A DNA stretch of 64,000 bases from Bacteroidota bacterium (GTDB lineage Bacteria > Bacteroidota > Bacteroidia > 2-12-FULL-35-15): contig CANJPX010000010.1 of NCBI GenBank assembly GCA_947476185.1, forward strand, positions 574 to 64,573, given 5' to 3'. The translations under genes and the position numbers were made by a program. Each line of letters starts with the position of its first letter. The stretch's first letter is position 1. Shown one piece after another: positions 59,201 through 64,000 of this stretch. Below the pieces are notes generated by a model that saw only the letters and a list, made by a program, of their open reading frames with translations, made no database searches and was not told where the DNA came from.

Positions 59201-62200
59201 AGCTGTACCTCTAAACACATTTACCAGTGCGCCTGCCGGAGCAACATTTACATGGACGAACTCTAATATTAATATAGGATTGGTTGCAAGTGGAGCTACA
59301 AGTGTTCCTGCATTTACAGCAACCAATGCTACTGCTGCCGCAATTACCGGCACAATTACCATTACACCAACATTATTAGGTTGTGTAGGAACTCCAAGTA
59401 CTTATTCAATTACCGTTAATCCTTCACCAATAACAACAGTCACATCTGCAACTATTTGTCCGGGTGGAACCGCAACATTAACTGCCGGAGGGGCCTCCAC
59501 TTATTCTTGGAGTGCCGGTGTAACAGTAACAGGAATAACTACTGCAACAGCAACACCTGCTTCAACAACTTCATACACAGTAACAGGAACTTCGGCTGCA
59601 GGTTGTACGAGCACAGCTGTGGCAACAGTTACTGTTTCTCCGGTATTAGTTATAACGGTTAACTCTCCGACAATTTGTGCGGGAGTAGCGACAACATTAA
59701 CTGCCGGTGGCGGAACAACCTATACTTGGAGTGCAGGCGCTACATCTACCGGAGCAAATACAGCAACCGCTTCACCTGTGACCACAACATCCTATACCGT
59801 AACAGGAACAACAGCAGGCTGTACAAATACTGCTGTTTCGATAATTACAGTAAATCCTTTACCAACAGTTACCGCTGAAGCGAACGAGGTAGTTTGTGCC
59901 GGGGCTTCCTTGCCTGCAAACACATTCGCCAGCACACCTGCCGGGGCAACATTTGCCTGGACAAATTCTGATCCCTCAATTGGATTAGCTGCTAATGGTA
60001 CAGTTAGCACTCCTGTTTTCATAGCGGTAAATGCTACTGCTAGTCCTATTGTTTCAACTGTTACGATCACTCCTACTTTAGCTGGATGTATTGGTACGCC
60101 AATAACATATACGATTACTGTTAATCCATTACCTATTGTTACAGTAAACTCTCCAACTATTTGTCCTGGAGGAACGGCATCACTTTCAGCTAGTGGAGCC
60201 ACATCCTACACTTGGACTGCTGGGGTAATTGTTACAGGTGTAAATACTGCAACATCAACACCAGCAACAACAGCCTCTTATACAGTTACAGGAACATCAG
60301 CTGCAGGCTGTACAAGCACTGCAGTTGCGACAGTTACTGTTGCTTCAACATTAACGGTAACAGTAAATTCTCCAACAATTTGTAACGGACAAGTTGCAAC
60401 ATTGACCGGAGCGGGTGCTGCAACCTATACCTGGAGTGCCGGAGCTTCAACAACCGGAGTTAATACGGCATCTGCTTCACCTTCAACAACTACATCTTAT
60501 ACTGTGACGGGAACATCTGCAGGTTGCAGTAATACTGCTGTTGCAACTGTTACTGTCAACCCATTACCAACAGTTACTGTTACATCACCTACTATCTGTG
60601 CAGGATCGACTGCTACATTAACCGGTGGTGGAGCTACTTCCTATTCATGGAGTGCAGGAGCAACATCTTCAGGTGTTAATACAGCTACAGCCTCTCCTAT
60701 TACCACTACATCTTATACCGTTACAGGAACAACTGCAGGTTGTACCAATACGGCTGTTAGTTTAGTTACCGTTAATCCGATACCTGTAGTTGCTGTTAAC
60801 TCGCCCACTATTTGTTCGGGAGCAACTGCTGCACTAACTGCTACCGGAGCTACAACCTATACTTGGAGTGCCGGTGCCGTTTCTTCCGGAGTTAATACGG
60901 CAAACGCTACTCCTGCTTCAACGACTTCCTACACAGTCACGGGAACACTTGCTGGTTGTACAGCAACTGCTATATCTACTGTAACCGTAACTCCTTTACC
61001 TGTCGTTTCAGTTAATTCACCTACTATTTGTAATGGACAAACAGCTGCCTTAACTGCTGCCGGAGCTGCCACCTATACGTGGAGCGGTGGAGCTTCCTCA
61101 ACCGGAGTAAACACAGCTACTGCGACTCCTGCGGTTACCACGACTTATACTGTTACAGGGACCACTTCCGGTTGTACCGGAACAGCAATATCTACGGTTA
61201 CCGTTAATCCTTTACCGATTGTTACTGTTAACTCTCCGACTATTTGTGCAGGAGCTACTGCCTCATTGACTGCTGGAGGAGCAGCAACTTATGTTTGGAG
61301 TGCAGGCGCAACAGCAACAGGAGTAAATACTGCAACAGCAACACCGGCAGGAACTACTTCATACACAGTTACAGGAACAACTGCAGGCTGCACAGGTTCT
61401 GCCGTTTCAACAGTTACTGTAAATCCTTTACCTGTTTTAACTGTTAACTCTCCAACGGTCTGTCCTGGACAAACCGCAACTTTAACTGCAAGTGGTGCTG
61501 CTACTTACACATGGAGTGCTGGTGCAACATCAACTGGAGTAAATACAGCAAGTGCTACACCGGCAGGAACAACTACCTATACTGTTACAGGTACTTCTTT
61601 GGGTTGTACCGGAACAGCTGTTGCAACAGTTACTATTGGAGGATCAATCACTGTAACCGTGAACTCTCCTACAATTTGTCCGGGTGGGACTGCTGCCTTA
61701 ATTGCTACCGGTGGTGCAACATATGTGTGGAGTGCTGGTGCCGTGCCATCAGGTGTTAGCACAGCTAATGCTAGTCCTGGTGTAACAACATCCTATACTG
61801 TCACGGGGACATCCGGTGGATGTACAGGATCAGCAGTAGCTACAGTTATTGTTGAAGTTCCTGTTGCTGTTACAGTAAATTCACCTACCATTTGTAACGG
61901 TCAAGTCGCGACATTAACTGCTTCTGGAGCAACTACTTATTCATGGACAGCCGGGGCTTCTTCTACCGGTATAAATACTGCTTCGGCATCGCCTTCAGCA
62001 ACCACATCTTATACTGTTACAGGTACTACAGCAGGTTGTACAGGAACTGCAGTCGCCTCAGTCACAGTAAATGCTATTCCAACTGTTACTGTCACTTCAC
62101 CTACTATTTGTGCTGGATCAACAGCAACATTAACAGGTGGAGGTGCTACAACTTATTCTTGGAGCGCAGGTGCTACCTCCTCCGGAGTAAATACAGCAAC

Positions 62201-64000
62201 AGCTTCTCCTGCAACAACAACATCATATACCGTTACAGGAACAACGGTAGGCTGTACCAATAGTGCTGTTAGTTTAGTTACTGTAAATCCAATTCCTGTA
62301 GTTGCGGTTAACTCGCCTACTATCTGTGCGGGAGCAACTGCTGCATTAACTGCTATAGGAGCTACTACTTATACATGGAGTGCTGGTGCTGTTTCTTCAG
62401 GAGTTAGTACTGCAAACGCTACTCCTGCTACAACGACTTCCTATACCGTTACGGGAACACTTTCTGGTTGTACAGCAACTGCTGTATCTACTGTAACCGT
62501 GACTCCTTTACCTGTTGTATCTGTTAATTCACCTACTATTTGTAATGGTCAAATTGCTTCATTAACTGCGGCAGGGGCTACAACTTATACATGGAGTGGT
62601 GGAGCATCAACAACAGGAGTAAATACTGCAGATGCCGTACCTTCCACTACCACTACATATACAGTTACAGGTACGAACTCAGGCTGCACCAATACAGCAG
62701 TTTCTACTGTTACTGTTAACCCTTTACCTGTTGTTACAGTAAGTTCACCAACTATTTGTGCAGGATCAGTCGCGACATTAACTGCTGGTGGGGCAGTGTC
62801 ATATACTTGGAGTGCAGGAGCAACTACCAGTGGCGTTAATACTGCAACAGCTTCGCCCGCAACAACAACATCCTATACTGTTACAGGTACAACTTCCGGA
62901 TGTACAGGTACAGCTGTTTCAACAGTGACCGTTAATCCTTTACCAGTTATTTCAGTCAACTCACCTACAGTTTGTCCGGGACAAACCGCAACATTGACTG
63001 CAAGTGGCGCGGCTACATATACTTGGAGTGCCGGTGCCACTTCGACCGGTGTTAACACTGCGACTGCTAGTCCAGGTGCTACTACCTCATATACTGTTAC
63101 AGGAACCTCGGCAGGTTGTACAGGAACTGCTATTGCAACAGTTACAATTGGAGGATCAATTTCAGTCACAGTTAATTCACCAACTATTTGTCCTGGAGGA
63201 ACAGCAACCTTGACAGCTGCTGGTGGTGCTACATATGTTTGGACAGCAGGTGCGACACCTTCCAGTGTAAGCACAGCGACTGCTAGTCCGGGTGCTACTA
63301 CGACCTATACTGTTACCGGAACAATGGGCGGATGCACAGGTTCTGCTGTTGCAACGGTTACTGTCGCCGCTTCTATTGCAATAACGGTCAATTCACCAAC
63401 AATATGTAACGGTCAAACAGCGAACTTAATCGCTTCAGGTGCTACAACATACGCATGGACCGCAGGAGCATCAAGTACCGGAGTAAACACAGCTGATGCA
63501 AGTCCGGCTACAACCACTTCTTATACTGTTACCGGGACCTTAGCAGGTTGTACAGGAACAGCCGTTACTATAGTTACTGTTACACCATTGCCTACCGTTA
63601 CAGTAACATCTCCTACAATTTGTATTGGAACAAGTGCAACAATAACTGCTGGAGGTGCAACAACATATTCATGGAGTGCGGGAGCAACTTCGACAGGTGT
63701 CACTACTGCTACGGCTTCCCCACTAGCAACAACAACTTACACGGTAACAGGTACAGCATCAGGCTGTACAAATACTGCAATATCTACAGTAACTGTTACA
63801 CCTTTACCAATCATTACAGTTAATTCACCAACTATTTGTGCAGGTGCAACAGCCGCATTGACAGCTCTAGGAGGATCTACATACTCTTGGAGTGCAGGAG
63901 CCGTTTCTACCGGTGTAAATACTGCGAATGCTTCACCTTTAGTAACAACAACGTATACTGTTACAGGAACAGCTACAGGTTGCAGTAACACTGCTGCCGC
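56280..64000 (+). CDS. giant repetitive cell-surface adhesin-like protein (SprB-like tandem Ig-like repeats), truncated at the window end
   Basis: ATG at 56280 ([40 protein letters not shown]). I read it by eye as one stop-free frame through 64000 (over 2570 codons). Two N-terminal NPCAAT.. domains with poly-Pro linkers. A domain paralogous to the 53156 protein N-terminus. Then dozens of about 72-aa units (..[69 protein letters not shown]..). Confidence 0.8.
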   Translation, partial: MKKKLHKTSFRKILQISISKKLIEIFLGLFLLVSGQIFGQGNNPCAATPLATNATCIVTNGTTVGATYASNAANGGSPTCASPGAPDVWYSIVAPASGSITLTMSGGGITDGGMALYNGPCGGPTQIACSDDAIGLMPQIVQSGLTPGATYYVRVWSYFSGTGTFGICDVANPAPPPPPANDNPCAATVLTPGVACTYTAGTTSGATQTLAGCVGTANDDVWYSFVAAGTSQVITVAASAGFDPVVEVFSGTCGGLTAMSCNDFAYLSGSTGGSTIAGLTIGQTYWVRIYDYFSGVPATSTFNICITTPPPPPPPGPGDDCSQAIPFCTGTTYTFPNNTGIASLGSGGTYGCLLSTPNPVWYFMQAATAGNLSIGINQGTTAGAGNLDLDYCLWGPFSSQAAGCAGISAANILSCSYSIAATETANIPNAIVGQFYLLLLTNFSNSAGVIQFSQTLGPGSTNCAVLCGMSALTAVPGACVPATNTYSVTGSVTFVYPPATGNLVISSSCGGSVTVPSAGLASPYNYTISGITPTGGPCTITAAFTADATCALNQTYTAPAPCTSCVATATNTGPYCAGATIQLNATGGGTYSWSGPGAFTSTLQNPTRPASTVAMSGTYTVTVTNGASTCTAITAVTVNPIPVITAPANIAVCAGTAIAATNFVSIPAGATYTWSNSNVAIGLTASGIGNVPGFTGTNATTAAITGTITVTPTLSGCVGLPIIYTITINPQPTSAFTQTANTCLTGNSFTFTSAPVIPLGYTQSWTFGGGGASPATSITSPVTVTYTTPGTYTITHIVTGPGACTSTTTSTVTIYPMPIVTVNSVTICAGQTTVLTAGGASTYTWSAGATSGGGATATASPLTTTTYTVTGTSTDGCTATAIATVTVTPLPIVTVNSPTICFGATATLNAAGGTTYLWSTGAIINPITVTPAGTTTYTVTGTTAACTNSAVSTVTVTPLTTVTAVANLTFCPGAAVPLNTFTSAPAGATFTWTNSNINIGLVASGATSVPAFTATNATAAAITGTITITPTLLGCVGTPSTYSITVNPSPITTVTSATICPGGTATLTAGGASTYSWSAGVTVTGITTATATPASTTSYTVTGTSAAGCTSTAVATVTVSPVLVITVNSPTICAGVATTLTAGGGTTYTWSAGATSTGANTATASPVTTTSYTVTGTTAGCTNTAVSIITVNPLPTVTAEANEVVCAGASLPANTFASTPAGATFAWTNSDPSIGLAANGTVSTPVFIAVNATASPIVSTVTITPTLAGCIGTPITYTITVNPLPIVTVNSPTICPGGTASLSASGATSYTWTAGVIVTGVNTATSTPATTASYTVTGTSAAGCTSTAVATVTVASTLTVTVNSPTICNGQVATLTGAGAATYTWSAGASTTGVNTASASPSTTTSYTVTGTSAGCSNTAVATVTVNPLPTVTVTSPTICAGSTATLTGGGATSYSWSAGATSSGVNTATASPITTTSYTVTGTTAGCTNTAVSLVTVNPIPVVAVNSPTICSGATAALTATGATTYTWSAGAVSSGVNTANATPASTTSYTVTGTLAGCTATAISTVTVTPLPVVSVNSPTICNGQTAALTAAGAATYTWSGGASSTGVNTATATPAVTTTYTVTGTTSGCTGTAISTVTVNPLPIVTVNSPTICAGATASLTAGGAATYVWSAGATATGVNTATATPAGTTSYTVTGTTAGCTGSAVSTVTVNPLPVLTVNSPTVCPGQTATLTASGAATYTWSAGATSTGVNTASATPAGTTTYTVTGTSLGCTGTAVATVTIGGSITVTVNSPTICPGGTAALIATGGATYVWSAGAVPSGVSTANASPGVTTSYTVTGTSGGCTGSAVATVIVEVPVAVTVNSPTICNGQVATLTASGATTYSWTAGASSTGINTASASPSATTSYTVTGTTAGCTGTAVASVTVNAIPTVTVTSPTICAGSTATLTGGGATTYSWSAGATSSGVNTATASPATTTSYTVTGTTVGCTNSAVSLVTVNPIPVVAVNSPTICAGATAALTAIGATTYTWSAGAVSSGVSTANATPATTTSYTVTGTLSGCTATAVSTVTVTPLPVVSVNSPTICNGQIASLTAAGATTYTWSGGASTTGVNTADAVPSTTTTYTVTGTNSGCTNTAVSTVTVNPLPVVTVSSPTICAGSVATLTAGGAVSYTWSAGATTSGVNTATASPATTTSYTVTGTTSGCTGTAVSTVTVNPLPVISVNSPTVCPGQTATLTASGAATYTWSAGATSTGVNTATASPGATTSYTVTGTSAGCTGTAIATVTIGGSISVTVNSPTICPGGTATLTAAGGATYVWTAGATPSSVSTATASPGATTTYTVTGTMGGCTGSAVATVTVAASIAITVNSPTICNGQTANLIASGATTYAWTAGASSTGVNTADASPATTTSYTVTGTLAGCTGTAVTIVTVTPLPTVTVTSPTICIGTSATITAGGATTYSWSAGATSTGVTTATASPLATTTYTVTGTASGCTNTAISTVTVTPLPIITVNSPTICAGATAALTALGGSTYSWSAGAVSTGVNTANASPLVTTTYTVTGTATGCSNTAA
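57201..57221 (+). repeat. (TCC)7 trinucleotide repeat encoding a poly-proline linker in the giant adhesin
   Basis: Direct reading of tcctcctcctcctcctcctcc. A less pure CCG/CCT tract encodes the first PPPPP linker at about 56796-56818. Confidence 0.85.
58690..64000 (+). repeat. coding tandem repeat array (unit about 216-222 nt, 72 aa) with higher-order about 1.5-kb (7-unit) periodicity
   Basis: Unit-by-unit comparison. The block about 60580-62088 is repeated at about 62089-63600, with equivalent units in the same order at roughly 85-90% nucleotide identity. A third copy begins about 63600. A longer about 88-aa unit (..VTAxANxxxCxGAxxxxxxFxSxPAGATFxWTNS..) recurs at about 58200, 59160 and 59870. 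Confidence 0.8.

Noticed and set aside
56374-63991. About 25 short ORFs on both strands in the ORF track, Cys/Asn/Tyr-rich on + (e.g. 58004..58306, 59456..59662, 61943..62263) and Val/Thr/Ala/Pro-rich on - (e.g. 58133..58363, 59087..59362, 59792..60202, 62873..63274)
   Set aside because: All lie inside and out of frame, or antisense, to the single long frame-0 ORF starting at 56280. Their periodic composition simply mirrors the repetitive codons of that gene.
58690-64000. Regular tandem repetition that could be mistaken for a CRISPR array
   Set aside because: The period is about 216-222 nt with no short repeat/unique spacer alternation. The units are in frame within a continuous ORF and vary like protein domains.

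Overview
This 64-kb window looks like a chromosomal segment from an AT-rich (roughly 36% GC) Bacteroidota genome. The evidence is several Type IX secretion (T9SS) C-terminal sorting domains, a fused SecDF, a type III glutamine synthetase, and the rpsU-xerC-hpf gene order. From 0 to 33 kb the content is mostly housekeeping: hpf, xerC, rpsU, an acyl-CoA dehydrogenase, apt, a ComEA-like protein, two amino-acid permeases, an NhaD-type antiporter, two tandem PP2C/SpoIIE-phosphatase sensor proteins, rmlD, an RCK-gated cation channel, a universal stress protein, pyrF, prfA, purM, a TPR/beta-propeller OmpA protein, glnA type III, tatA and secDF. Two T9SS cargo proteins also sit in this part. From 35.6 to 51.5 kb there is an accessory-like block of about 20 genes, all on the + strand, with strong metal, heme and thiol-redox signatures. 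It contains ZnuA/ZnuB without an ATPase and small Cys/His-rich membrane proteins. It has a YxCPMHP/CPxCGM heavy-metal-binding domain (HMBD) both as a free lipoprotein and as a tail on an outer-membrane barrel. It encodes a secreted cytochrome c interrupted at a poly-C tract. One operon reads barrel, CxxCH lipoprotein, TonB-dependent receptor, HMA chaperone. Two T9SS-exported thioredoxin-fold proteins and an MbnP-like lipoprotein are present, and a cytochrome c/beta-propeller fusion is translationally coupled to a DCC thiol-disulfide oxidoreductase. I consider this block the best candidate for an undescribed envelope metal-handling system. From 53 to 64 kb there are two adjacent gliding/T9SS-type surface adhesins. 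The second is a giant ORF of more than 2570 aa that runs off the window end. It is built of about 72-aa tandem Ig-like units organised into a roughly 1.5-kb higher-order repeat. I recognised no rRNA, tRNA, CRISPR array or IS element. All family assignments come from motif recognition by eye, not from database searches.
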